DNA of 64,000 nt from Macrostomum lignano (taxonomy: Eukaryota), in assembly GCA_002269645.1 (NCBI GenBank), contig NIVC01000798.1, positions 30,191-94,190 on the forward strand, given 5' to 3'. Positions 26,772 through 39,978 of the stretch are shown in pieces (the first letter of the stretch is position 1; each line of letters opens with the position of its first letter). The notes beneath the pieces were generated by a model that searched no databases, was not told where the DNA came from, and saw only the letters and a program-made list of their open reading frames with translations. A program made the translations under genes and the position numbers.

Positions 26772-29700
26772 ATGGCAGCTTCGGTCAGCTGGTTTTTGAT
26801 TTTCTTTCTGCTGCCGCAACTGCACAGAAGCCAGACTGTTCAACAGGACTCGATCAGGTGGACTTACCACGCCTGTGAGCTTTTCATGAAATTTTCATGA
26901 AATTTAGAATATATGCTAACTAATTTAGAAACATAGTACCATCGGTATTAGTAAATATCTCCATACAATTCACAGGGCACCAAAGTGACACTGCGGTGAT
27001 TGCTCACGGAGTCTGGGAGTTGCCGCTAGACGAGGCTGCGGCGACAAGGAACGGTGAGAAAGCAAGGCGGCCGACTGAGCTGTCCACACTGGTGCAACAT
27101 TTCATGCAGCATTAGTTTCCCCAAGTTAGTGCCCCGATACCCAAGATTAGTGTCCCAATACCCCCAAGTTAGTGTCCCAATACCCCCAAGATTATTGCCC
27201 CAATACCCAAGATTAGTGCCCCAATACCCAAGCTTAGTGTCCCAATACCTCAAGCTTAGTGTCCCAATACCCCCAAGCTTAGTGTCCCAATACCCCCAAG
27301 CTTAGTGTCCCAATACCCCCAAGCTTAGTGTCCCAATACCCCCAAGCTTAGTGTCCGAATACCCCCAAGCTTAGTGTCCCAATAACCCCAAGCTTAGTGT
27401 CCCAATACCCCCAAGCTTAGTGTCCCAATACCCCCAAGCTTAGTGTCCCAATACCCCAAGCTTAGTGTCTCAATACCCGCAAGCTTATGTGTCCCAATAC
27501 CCCCAAGCTTAGTGTCCCAATACCCCAAGATTAAATTAATTTCCCAATTCCCCAAAGATTTGTGTCCCAATTCCCCTGCACTTAGTATTCACCCAATCTC
27601 CTGCACTTAGTCCCCAATTCCCCAAGCTTTCGCGCCATCCGGTGCCCCCTTCCTCCTCAAAACCACTCGCCAGTGTGCACCGAGCTCTCCAACCCGTCGG
27701 CAATGCCGCTGTCACTGTTGGTGTCCGGCCACCATCCGGCCACTCGCCAGGCCTGCAGCCGCAGCGGCCTGTCGTGCGTCCTGACGTCAGCATCACCGCA
27801 GCTCGAACGCCTGCCGGCAGAGTGGAGCGGCAACTCTGTGGAGTTCTATCCCAGCCAACTGTTGCTAGGGGAACTGCTCAGCCAAGCTGTTGGCTGGCTG
27901 GAATGGACTTCATTTGTGGTGCTGCACGATTTCAATGCGGGTGAGTTGCCGCTGGTGAGCAGCCTCGGTAATCAAATGTGCCTGTCTCAATTTTAGTTCG
28001 ACGAGCATTTCTTATATACTCATATACTCTTACTATCCGCGCCCAACTTTGCTTAACTTCTCCAACCTCTGCATGAATCTAACCCCGCAGACCTGGCCAA
28101 GTACGTCACCCTGCTAAACAGAGCTTATAGACCCGTCTATTTTCGCCTTTACAACCCGGCCAAACGGAACGAGACGCTCAGCGCGCTACGCTGGATCAAG
28201 GACGCCAATCTGAACAATATCCTGGTGGATGCTTCGGACAGGAATTTCCGGGATATTCTATCCCTAGTAGGTTGTCAAATGATATGATTAGACTAGTTGT
28301 ATGTTTCGCTGAATGGTCAATTATGATTAACGAAACAGTATATTTCAAAAAAAAAAAAATTTATTACGAATAATAAATTCACTTTGACAGGCTGAAATCG
28401 CCAGGTGTACTGGACCGCAGTACAGCTACTTGTACATCGGGTCGGTAAGTTTTATGGGTCATTTGACACCGCAGGCAGCATCAACCTTTTAACCGCCCAC
28501 TCAGCCAACCACCTCACTCCAACAACCACCTCACTCAGCCACCACCTCACTCCAACAACCACCTCACTCCGCCAACCACTTCACTTCGCCAACCACCTCA
28601 CTCCGCGAACCACCTCACTCAGCCACTACCTCACTCCGCCAACCACCTCACTTCGCCAACCACCTCACTCCGCGAACCACCTCACTCAGCCACCACCTCA
28701 CTCCGCCAACCACCTCACTTCGCCAACCACCTCACTCCGCGAACCACCTCACTTCGCCAACCACCTCACTCCGCCAACCACATCACTCTGCCAACAACCT
28801 CACTCCGCCAACCACCTCACTCCGCCAACCACCTCACTCCGCCAACCACCTCACTCCGCGAACCACCTCACTCAGCCACTACCCCACTCCGCCAACCACC
28901 TCACTTCGCCAACCACCTCACTCTGCCAACCACCTCCGCCAACCACCTCCGCTAACCACCTCCCTTAAAATCAATTCCAACAGGTAAACGTGAGCTACTA
29001 CCGAAGCCACATAGCCCAACACATGCTGTCGGGCGTTAATGCAACAATAGTTGACGCAGTGCCGCTAGAACCGGGCTCCGGATTCTCCGTGAGTATTTGC
29101 GATCGAAGATCGATTATTTCAAGTACGAAAGTTGACCTTGCCAGTAACTCGGAGCAGGCTGTGCCATTCTGGCTTGCAGTCCGAGCTTCAACGGTGGCAA
29201 CGCGGGCAGGCGCTGATCAGCGAGGCGCTGAATAGCCTGGCGGCAGAGGCGGGCGGCCCAGCTATGGCCGACTCGGCCGCTCTACTACGCGGCGGCGACT
29301 GCGGCGTCGAGAGACTGGCAGCAGCCGGCTTGAGGGACCGGATCGTTGTGAGGGAGCTGGGGGGGGCAACTCTCGGGTGGGGAGTGGGTGGCGGCAGTCA
29401 GAGGATCATGAGAAAAGCCGATAACTCAAAATGATTTTAAGTAGGAAGAAGAATGACTCAAAATGATTTTAAGTAGGAAGAAGAATGACTCAAAATGATT
29501 TTAAGTAGGAAGAAGAATGAATCGGAATGATTTTAAGTAGGAAGAAGAATGACTCAATGATTTTAAGTAGGAAGAAGAATGACTCAAAATGATTTTAAGT
29601 AGGAAGAAGAATGACTCAAAATGATTTTAAGTAGGAAGAAGAATGACTCAAAATGATATTAAGTAGGAAGAAGAATGACTCAAAATGATTTTAAGTAGGA

Positions 29701-32700
29701 AGAAGACTGACTTAAAATGATTTTAAGTAGGAAGAAGAAAAACGGCCCAAAATGATTTTGAGAAGCAATCCATTAGCTCAAAGGATTTTTAGAAGGGAGA
29801 AGAATGACTCGAGAAGATCTCGAGATGAAAGACGGTGACCCTAACAAATCATAAGCTTGAATTCCTTATTTTGATTCTGCAATATGCACTGGTATCTTTA
29901 AATCAAGAATTTCACCCTTGGGCTAGAAAATGAAATTTCTATTTGCTTGATACACGAGCTATTTGCATAGGCTAAACAAAAGCAGTGTTAGCAGCACTGC
30001 AAAATTTACAATTTGACCTTGCTAGCCGTACCTTTGAAGTGTTTGCTTAAATTCTCACAGGCCTCTCAAGCTCTGAAATCAATCTATTGAATTTGTTGCA
30101 GACTGAAATCTACCAATCTCTGGGTAGCCTGCGGATTGCCGGCAGCTGGCATGTCAACTTCAGCTTCCAGTTTCTGCACTTGGATCCGGACTCCATGAAT
30201 CCGGTGAGAGCCGATGAGGCAGAGGGAAGCTGGAACAGGCTGATGTAGTCGGGCGGATAACATGAGTTTGCCATTTGAGTCGCTGGGAATGAGAGTGTCT
30301 CCTTGTGTAATACTTTACGCTCGTACCTGCGTGAAATTATTGAAAATCTGCCTTATTGAATTCGATAAACAGTGTGTCAGGTAAGCCTAGATCGATATTG
30401 ATTATTGATGCGCCTCAACGAGATGAAGGGTTACTCCAGTTATGCGCATTAAAATGCTATTGAAAATGCAATCAGTTTGGATAGTAAATACCACGAGCGC
30501 ACAAGCACTTCCTACAGTTTTAGAAATTGAGAACTAAGGGTTTGATTAGGGATTAAGGTGATTGGCTGAGTGAGGTGGGTGGCGGAGTGAGGTGGTTAGC
30601 AAAGTGAGGTGGGTGGCGGAGTGAGGTGTTGTGGTTGGCGGAGTGAGGTGGTTGGCAAAGTGAGGTGGTTGGCGGAGTGAGGCGGTTAGTGGAACGAGGC
30701 CATTGAGCCAATGAAAGCTAAGCGATCCTATAATTAAACTCGTTTCACCTCAGTTCGCCACCTGGAGTTTCGACCGCGGCTTCCAGCCGACGCCAAACGC
30801 CAGCGCGGCCGACTCTCGCCACTCGACTGTACAGCTAGACTGGATCCGGCACCGCAACCTGTCGGTGGTGACGGCCGAGTATCCTCCGTTTGTGATGTAC
30901 AGAACCCGCGACAGCCGCGGCCAGCCGGTGTACGGCAATGACCGGTGGTTCGGCCTGGCCATCGACCTGTTCGCCCGTGTGGCCGACATCAACGGGCTGG
31001 ACTACCGGATCTACGGGGCGCCGGACGGGACGCCGGGAATTCGGATTTCCACGTCGGCTACCGGAGTGGAAAAATGGAGCGGCATGGTTGGGGAGGTCAT
31101 GGCCGGGAATGCAGACGTCGCTGTCGGGCCGTTCAGCGTCACCTACGAGAGGGAGCGGGTGAGGGACTTCAGCGGGCCTCTGGGGACAACAGGGCTCAAT
31201 CGGCTCAATCGAGGGACCTGCTGCTAGAAGAAGAGAATGAAGCACTCATGTGACTGTTGAGGCGTTTCTGAAGAAGGGAAATCGTTCCATGTCCTTGGCG
31301 CATTTCACTAATTCGTTCACTAATTCTACTACAAAATGGGGGCCCTGCATGGCGTCCTTGTGTAGCATGTCTCCTGTTAGTCAGCGAGGATGGGGTGTTG
31401 GCGTTGTCTATATATGAACACACCACTGATATCTTTCTCGCATTGGCGAGATGGGAAGTTTTCAGTATTTCAGCACTAAATACCCAATATCTCACCTGCT
31501 GGACTTCCAAATTGCAAATGCAGCCAGCAGGTGTTTTGTCCGAGCTGCGTCGACAATTTCGTTTTTAAAAAGTTTGAAAATGTATTATTAGAGAGCGGCA
31601 AAGATCAGAGACACTTGTGTTTTCTAAAGGGATTTTGCAGTTTTGCTTTGAGTGGGGTTTGGCCATAGACAAATCCGTCCAGACAAAACACTGCAGAGAC
31701 AGGAGCGGCTGCAATTTCGCCGCAACTCTGCTTGCTTGCCGGTCTCCGGCAGCAGTTCATGAAAAAACAGCTTGATAAACTTGTGAGCGCAGCTCGGACA
31801 AAACACCTGCTGGCTGCATTTGCAATTCGGGAGTCCAGCAGATGAGATATTGGGGATTCAGTGCTGAATAACTGGAAATCTGCACGGTCTGCAAGTGCAG
31901 CGGCCTTGAACTACTTTGCTCCTTTACATCCCTTATGGTCCTTGGTTTGATTTACCTGTACATGACATCTCCCACGCAGGTAATTGACTTCACCACGCCA
32001 TTCATGGGCCTCGGCCTGGCCGTGCTGATGAAGCGCACTGAGGTCCCGGCGGATTTGTTCCAGTTTCTCAATCCGTTCGACAGAGACGTGTGGCTGTACA
32101 CCCTGCTGGCTCTGGCCGTCTTCACCGTCTTTGTGTTCATCGTGGCGCGGCTGAGCCCGTACGAGTGGTTCACCAGGAGCGCCTGCAGGCCAGTGGAAGA
32201 GAACGTGTTCTCTCTGCACAACAGTCTGTGGTTCGCAGCCAGCTCACTGCTGCAGCAAGGTGAGCACACGGGGGATGCTTTCAAACTGGGCAGTGCTGGA
32301 TAGCGAGTGGAGCAAGGTGGACTCGTGCAGAGTACAAAGGAAGAGATGAGATGGAAAAGGAGGAGAGAATGGTGAGAAAGAGTAGATAAAAATGATGAGA
32401 ATAGACAAGAGAGGGAGAGAGTAGATTAGAGTGAGAGAGAGATAAGACTGGGAGTGAGTAGACAAGAGTGGGAGAGAGAAAGAGTAGACAAGGCTGGGAG
32501 AGAGTAGACAAGGCTGGGAGAGAGTAGACAAGAGTGGGAGTGAGTAGATAAGGCTGGGAGTGAGTAGACAAGGCTGGAAGTGAGTAGACAAGGCTGGGAG
32601 AGAGTAGACAAGAGTGGGAGAGAGTAGACAAGAGTGGGAGAGAGTAGACAAGAGTGGGAGTGAGTATATAAGGCTGGAAGTGAGTAGACAAGGCTGGGAG

Positions 32701-35009
32701 AGAGTAGACAAGAGTGGGAGAGAGAGTAGATAAAAGACAGCATGAGGCTGTGTAAGTGGAGAAACTGAACACGACAGCAAAGATGTGACGCAGCTCCTAC
32801 TCCAAGCCTAGAACAGCCCATACTAAAACCGCTGCAAACCACCCAGGTTCCGAGCTTGTGCCAACAGCATTTTCTGTTCGTCTGGCCAGCGCATTCTGGT
32901 GGTTCTTCATCCTTGTAATTATTAGCAGTTACACCGCCAATTTGGCCGCCTTCCTGACCGTGAACAAGCTCAATGAAATTAGCACCTTGGCTCAGCTGGT
33001 TAACCAGGAGAGCATCAAATATAGCATTGTATCTACTGACTCTACCTACACCTTCTTCTCAGTGGGTTTGCCCTGTGTTGCTTTAAAAATTGAAGTTTAG
33101 ATGGTATAGCAAAATGCTAGAAATAGATTGAGGTATTAGATGAGTGTGGTGAATAAATGAATGACTGGGGTGGGTGAATGAGTGAGCTGTGAATTTATGA
33201 CTGAGGTGGGTGAATGAGTGAGCTGTGAATTTATGAGTGAGGTGGGTGAATGAATGAGGTGGGTGAATGAGTGTGGTGAGTGAATGAGTGAGGTGGGTGA
33301 ATGAGTGAGGTGAGTGAATGAGTGAGGTGGGTGAATGAGTGAGGTGGGTGAATGAGTGAGGTGAGTGAATGAGTGAGGTGAGTGAATGAGTGAGGTGAGT
33401 GAATGAGTGAGGTGAGTGAATGAGTGAGGTGGGTGAATGAGTGAGGTGGGTGAATCAATGAGATAGGCACTAAAGTAACTAAGTGCAAGTGCATTATAAA
33501 TGCATTCCTTGACAAATAAATCATACCACGTGCTTGAGACGCCGAACTGGCATTCCCGCAGACCTCCAAGGACCCAATCTACAGCAAGATGTTCAAGAAG
33601 ATGGTGCTGTGGAACGCCACCGGACAGGCGTCGTTTATTGAGAGCCCCGCCGACGCCCTTCGGCGCATTCGAGTCGGCGGCTTCGCCGGCGTCCTGGAGT
33701 CGCCGCTGGTTGATTTCTACCGGGAGCGGGACTGCGAGCTCACCCAGGTTGGCGAGACCTTCAGTCCGAGCGCCTTCGGCTTCGGGGTGGCTCAGGGCAG
33801 TGAGTTTATCTTTTTTCCGTTTAGTTTCCGATGGATGGATGGGTGGGTTGAGGAGCAGGGAGCTCAAGCTAGGGAGTGAAGAAGTTTCAGGGATAAAAGT
33901 GAGAAAGGGTGTGGGATTTTAGGGTAGAGGGGGTTGGAGGTTTGAAGGGAAAATTGTAGGGTTAAAGGGTTGGAGAGTTGGTGGGTCAGTGGGTTGGAGG
34001 GTCGGATGGTCGGAGGGTTAGAGGGATGGAGGGTTGAAGGGTTGGAGGATTGGAGGGTTGGAGGGATGGAGGGTTGGAGGATTGGAGGGTTGGAGGGTTG
34101 GAGGGTTGGAGGGTTAGAGGGATGGAGGGTTGAAGGGTTGGAGAGTTGGTGGGTCGGTGGGTTGGAGGGTCGGATGGTCGGAGGGTTGGAGGGTTGGAGG
34201 GATGGAGGGTTGGAGGATTGGAGGGTTGGAGGGTTGGAGGGTTGGAGGGTTGGAGGGATGGAGGGTTAAAGGGTTGGAGAGTTGGTGGGTCGGTGGGTTG
34301 GAGGGTCGGATGGTCGGAGGGTTGGAGGGTTGGAGGGATGGAAGGTTGGAGGATTGGAGGGTTGGAGGGTTGGAGGGTTGGAGGGTTAGAGGGATGGAGG
34401 GTTTAAGGGTTCGAGGGTTCGAGGGTTCGAGGGTTCGAGGGTTCGAGGGTTCGAGGGTTCGAGGGTTCGAGGGTTAGAGGGATGGAGGGTTGAAGGGTTG
34501 GAGGGTTGGAGGGAGGTTGGAGTAAGACCAAATTTTTTTATGTAGAATCGAAGGGTGGAGAGTCGGTCGAAGCTAATTTTGCACAGGAAAAGATCAAAGG
34601 AGCCGATAAAAGGGAGCAGAATGGTAGAGCAGAGGTACAGATGATTGAGTTATTTTTACTGGATCTACAAAGCGTTTTGCAACTGTTACCCGCGTCAGAC
34701 ATCGTCCTGCGGAACATGCTAACCGAAGCGATTCTGCAGCTGATACAGCAGCAGTACATTGTCCAGCTGTCGAATACTTGGATTAAAAGCTACAATATCT
34801 CGGGCCTGCCCTGTAGCAGCCGCAACAGCAACAGTGGTGGCCTCGGAGGTGCGCAGTCCACACCTGGCAAGCTGAACATGGACGCTTTTACTGGTCTGTT
34901 CATCACATTTGCAACTGGGCTTGGTCTGTCGTTATTGGCTCTTGCCTTCGAGATCGTGCTGAAAGTCCGCCTTGCTCGGGCATCTCGAAGTGTAAGAAAA
35001 GCTGCATGA
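26772..35009 (+). CDS. Ionotropic glutamate receptor subunit, non-NMDA (kainate/AMPA-like), ~807 aa. Exons 26772-26874, 27674-27940, 28091-28266, 28391-28444, 28984-29088, 29180-29347, 30102-30203, 30754-31158, 31980-32259, 32847-33061, 33562-33799, 34699-35009
   Basis: All 11 introns are GT-AG with matching phases. Features: signal peptide MAASVSWFLIFFLLPQLHRS; S1 WSGMVGEV...GPFSVTYERERVIDFTTPFM; M1; M2 SLWFAASSLLQQGSELVP (kainate-like QQGSELMP); M3 WWFFILVIISSYTANLAAFLTV; S2 with RDCELTQVG; M4 FTGLFITFATGLGLSLLALAFE. Confidence 0.95.
27115..27625. repeat. 23-bp minisatellite in iGluR intron 1
   Basis: Unit AGTGTCCCAATACCCCCAAGCTT. Confidence 0.93.
28497..28965. repeat. 17-bp minisatellite in iGluR intron 4
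   Basis: Unit CCAACCACCTCACTCCG. Confidence 0.93.
29420..29745. repeat. 32-bp minisatellite in iGluR intron 6
   Basis: Unit AATGATTTTAAGTAGGAAGAAGAATGACTCAA. Confidence 0.93.
30563..30690. repeat. 17-bp minisatellite in iGluR intron 7, antisense to the intron-4 array
   Basis: Unit CGGAGTGAGGTGGTTGG, the reverse complement of CCAACCACCTCACTCCG. Confidence 0.9.
31440..31908. mobile_element. Palindromic non-autonomous DNA element (MITE-like) in iGluR intron 8
   Basis: ~90-bp inverted repeat (31455-31551 versus 31787-31880); homologous to 44620-45070. Confidence 0.75.
32380..32735. repeat. 20-bp minisatellite in iGluR intron 9
   Basis: Unit GGGAGAGAGTAGACAAGAGT and variants. Confidence 0.9.
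33150..33455. repeat. 17-bp minisatellite in iGluR intron 10
   Basis: Unit GAGTGAGGTGGGTGAAT. Confidence 0.92.
33925..34515. repeat. 8-bp satellite (GGAGGGTT)n in iGluR intron 11
   Basis: Direct inspection. Confidence 0.93.
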
Positions 35010-36857
35010 TTACATGTACTTCCAATCGCTGTACATGTATATGTATATACACGCAACATGCACGATAACTATACACGTAGTAGCTACCTATCAGTGTGTC
35101 ACAGTTAATAGCGCACTTTGCAATTAAAGCACAACGTACTGGCAATTTCAGATTTGGCTGAGCGAAGCCTTGGTTCAACTTTTTCAGCGAGCTTTTCTTG
35201 GCTACCGAACGCGCTCTCTGGAGCCCTCACCGAATACCTGCAGCAATCCCACCCTAGGGAATCCAGTTGAGAAACCAACGCCTCCTTATAGCGTTTTCGC
35301 TTCCTCGACAACGCTTTCGGAGGAACGAATCAGCGGAAATATTTGCTACCGGAAGACAACTGTGTTGTAAAACAAAAAAGCAAACTGCTTTTCTAATTTC
35401 AATCACTTGTTCAACAGAGAAATAGGCCGTTCGGGAATAAAACTTCTTGAAAAATAAGCAGACTTTTCTGAGGCTGATGTTAAGCCATGCACAACTGAGT
35501 GTTTCGTCGTTTTTTGGCGCATTGAAATCAGACTTCTTTCTTGTGTGAATGTGAATTTGATCGCAATTATCATTCAAGCGAGGGAACTGAATAGCCTTTA
35601 AAAGGTGTCAAAGGGACTTATTGTACCACATATAATTAGAAAAAAGAAAAGTTAGGACAATTTTACTGACTGCGTACCAAGCTTAGAAACTATTGTATTT
35701 TTCATTTTGTTACGTGTTAACTTAAATAAAACAAAATATTCTCTTTAAAAGATTAGGACTTTCAAGAAATTCAAGCAACGTTTATTCTATTAGTTTTTTT
35801 GACGACATTTTAAAAAATTTAATTTTCTTTATAATGTTTATTTGTCACGTTGTATGAGCTTTGTGACTAAATTTGACTAAAAATCTTCAAATGATTTTAA
35901 ACATAAAGCCTTGAGCTGATGACAGAGCTATTGTTAGAGTATTTAGTCAATTGACAATATCTATTCAAAGGCAAAATCAAACCCAGATTATTCTTTTCGT
36001 CGTAGTTTTAAAAAAATAATTCAATAAGATGCGGATACTTTTTATGTAAAATATACTGACTGATTCAAATATTGTATGAAAAATAGTTTAAAAAATTGTG
36101 CAAAAGCTGGCCAATGTCTATGAAATTAACTTAGCCTAAAAAGAGAGCGTAGGGTTATAAACACAAGGAAGCATGCCCTAAAAAATTAAGCTGGGTCTTT
36201 TAGATCATAATGTAGCATTAAATATTTAAAATTAATGTGATAAACGAATTTTTCTAATCAGAAAGTTAAGATTTAGTGCAGAAAAAGTTTTTAATAAATG
36301 ATGAATGTATACAATGTTATTTAAGATCGGTATATATTTCTGACACTGCACTAATAAATGTTGATTGTTAGATAAATAGCATTTGCACTTAACACTAGTG
36401 ACTTTTATGATATATTAACAACTGTAGTCTCATTTCTGTTTATGGATATTAAAGATTGGCCTGTGGTTTTTCCGCCTATATTACAAAGTAAAAAATGATT
36501 TGAATTAAGAAAATTAAGTGGTTTAGGACTTTAGGTTAACAGAGAAGTTTAGTCAAAGGAAGCCTATCATTTTTCTGAAGTCAAAGCAGTTACTTAGGTA
36601 ATTTTAGGTGGAATTTAAAAGTTTTCAAATATTTAGTACTTTTTTACTTCAGTTATTTCTAGACCAATTGTTATGGCACATGTAATTTTCAATTCTTACT
36701 GTTCTTTCATCACAGGAAAAGATTGATAGAGATTTACTGGTATTAATGATTGTACAATAAAATGTAAAAAAGCTAAGAAACAGTGCATTATGCTTTTCTT
36801 AAATACTTCATAGTTCAATTACAATTCTAATTTCTGGAATTTTCATGCCAGAAATTC

Positions 36858-38973
36858 ATGGCATCAAGAGAGCAAAGAGATGTGCCAGATTTGCTCAGCG
36901 ACTTGCCATTGGGAAGAAATAATGGTGGACAAGCCAAGCTAAAGCAGACCAAAACGGGTAAGTTCTGTTGTAGACTAAGCGGATTTACTGGAAACAGATT
37001 TGGCCTACTATTTTCTTGTGACAAAATGTACTTTAGGCCCAGTGTCAAAGCCAGTCAAGCCTGTTGCCATGGCATCGGCACCGAACTCTGCACAGTCCAG
37101 CCAGGGTCGAACAGCTGACAAAGCGTCCCCATCAAGTGTCAGCGGGCAACAACTGCTACCCCAGAGGCCAAAGCCTGTGTCAGCTTCGGCCAGCACAAGT
37201 AAGAGTGCTTAATAGGCTACTAACAAGTAGCTTGAATGCATAATTTAGTTTCAACTTTCATGAACACCGATTTTCAGGAAAATTTTCCAGCAATTTAAAT
37301 TTCTTTTTTTAAGATTCTAATTTCTGAAATTCTGGTAAAATGAACTGACCCATATTTTTTATTGTGCGCTTCAGAAAAACCTAGGCACAGGGGCGTCGCC
37401 ATGGATTTTATGGTGGGGACAAAGCCAAGAATTCTACATGTAGGTGTACATGACTAAATTCCTACATGTACATTATTTTCAGAATCGGTGTTGTCAGCGC
37501 TTATTTTAGCGCCGCAGGCACTCATTTTAGCGCCGCAGGCACTCATTTTAGCGCCGCAGGCACTCATTTTAGCGCCGCAGGCACTCATTTTAGCGCCGCA
37601 GGCACTCATTTTAGCGCCGCAGGCACTCATTTTAGCGCCGCAGGCACTCATTTTAGCGCCGCAGGCACTCATTTTAGCGCCGCAGGCACTCGTTTTAGCG
37701 CCGCAGGCACTCATTTTAGCGCCGCAGGCACTCATTTTAGCGCCGCAGGCACTCATTTTAGCGCCGCAGGCACTCATTTTAGTGCCGCAAGCACTCATTT
37801 TAGTGCCGCAGGCGCTCATTTTAGTGCCGCAGGCGCTCATTTTAGTGCCGCAGGCGCTCATTTTAGTGCCGCAGGCGCTCATTTTAGTGCCGCAGGCGCT
37901 CATTTTAGTGCCGCAGGCGCTCATTTTAGCGCCGCAGGCACTCATTTTAGCGCCGCAGGCACTCATTTTAGCGCCGCAGGCACTCGTTTTAGCGCCGCAG
38001 GCACTCATTTTAGCGCCGCAGGCACTCATTTTAGCGCCGCAGGCACTCATTTTAGCGCCGCAGGCACTCATTTTAGTGCCGCAAGCACTCATTTTAGTGC
38101 CGCAGGCGCTCATTTTAGTGCCGCAGGCACTCATTTTAGTGCCGCAGGCGCTCATTTTAGTGCCGCAGGCGCTACATTTTGTCGCGCTGAAGCAAAATTA
38201 TTGATTGATTTCCAAAACGGGTCACAAGGTGGGGTGAGGAAGGGGACAAAACATTGGCATATCCCCCCCATAGATTTTCCTGGAGGGGACATGTCCCCCT
38301 GCCCCCCCCCCCCCCCGGTGGCGACGCCCCTGCCTAGGTAGCTGCTAAGAAATCCAGCTTAAAAATATTTCAGCCTCTAAAAAGACTCAAGTGGTCACAG
38401 GCAAAAAAGAAGAGGACTCAGAACTGACATTTAAAGAACTGGTAAGTTCTGCTTTATGGATGAAACTTTAATTGCTGTGTGACTACTACTTGTCAGTAGT
38501 ATATACTCGTACTTTTAAACAACCGCAGTTGGAAATATCGATGGAAGACAATGCACAGAGGGTGTTTGACTTGGATCTTCGACAAAAGCAGCTGAAAGGC
38601 ATTCCTTTCGCTCTAAAGGAGGTTTGAAATTATATAATGTCCTTAATTCGTTGCAAGTCGCTTTTAAATATATAAAATGGTTTTAAAAACTGTTTTAGTT
38701 TAAGCGGCTTAAAATTTTGGACTTGTCGAGCAATTCGATTTCTGAAATCAGCAACCTGTTCGACAACAAGGTTCGTCTGTTTGAAACTGGAATTATATAA
38801 AGTTTTTTCAATACGAAAAAAAAATTAATAATAATATATAATGACTGTGACCCCAAAATTTTAGGAGCTAAAAGAGTTGAAATTGTACGACAATATGATC
38901 ACATCGATTTGCTTACTGGAATCGTAAGTTGTCGTAGTAGTAGTAGTAGTAGCAGCAGTAGTAGTAGTAGTAA

Positions 38974-39009
<36 letters not shown>

Positions 39010-39079
39010 CAGTAGTAGTAGTAGCAGTAGTAGCAGTAGTAGCAGTAGTAGTAGTAGTAGTAGTAGAAGTAGTAGCAGC

Positions 39080-39147
<68 letters not shown>

Positions 39148-39214
39148 CAGTAGTAGTAGTAGTAGTAGTAGCAGTAGTAGTAGTAGCAGTAGTAGTAGTA
39201 GAAGTAGTAGCAGC

Positions 39215-39276
<62 letters not shown>

Positions 39277-39301
39277 CAGTAGTAGTAGTAGAAGTAGTAG
39301 C

Positions 39302-39333
<32 letters not shown>

Positions 39334-39346
39334 CAGCAACAGCAGC

Positions 39347-39381
<35 letters not shown>

Positions 39382-39478
39382 CAGTAGTAGTAGTAGCAGT
39401 AGTAGTAGTAGTAGTAGTAGTGGTAGTAGTAGTAGCAGCAACAGCAGCAGTAGTAGTAGTAGTAGTAGTAGTAGTAGC

Positions 39479-39522
<44 letters not shown>

Positions 39523-39618
39523 AAGTAGTAGCAGTAGTAGTAGTAGTAGTAGTAGTAGCAGCAACAGCAGCAGCAGTAGTAGTAGTAGTAGTATAAATAG
39601 TAGTAGTAGTAGTAGTAA

Positions 39619-39650
<32 letters not shown>

Positions 39651-39651
39651 A

Positions 39652-39711
<60 letters not shown>

Positions 39712-39730
39712 CAGTAGTAGCAGTAGTAGC

Positions 39731-39762
<32 letters not shown>

Positions 39763-39826
39763 AAGTAGTAGCAGCAGTAGTAGTAGTAGTAGTAGTAGTA
39801 GCAGTAGCAGTAGTAGCAGTAGTAGC

Positions 39827-39888
<62 letters not shown>

Positions 39889-39934
39889 TAGTAGTAGCAG
39901 CAACAGCAGCAGTAGTAGTAGTAGTAGTAGTAGT

Positions 39935-39978
<44 letters not shown>

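Noticed and set aside
32240-32340. Possible editing-complementary sequence for the Q/R codon (CAG) in intron 9
   Set aside because: Only a short gapped match (GCAGTGCTGG), too weak to claim a GluA2-like duplex
35105-35311. Short minus-strand ORF with an NLS-like RKRKRY
   Set aside because: No domain support, an upstream stop and no convincing splice sites
38899-39937. Long poly-Leu, poly-Ser and poly-Val ORFs
   Set aside because: Translations of the intronic (AGT)n microsatellite
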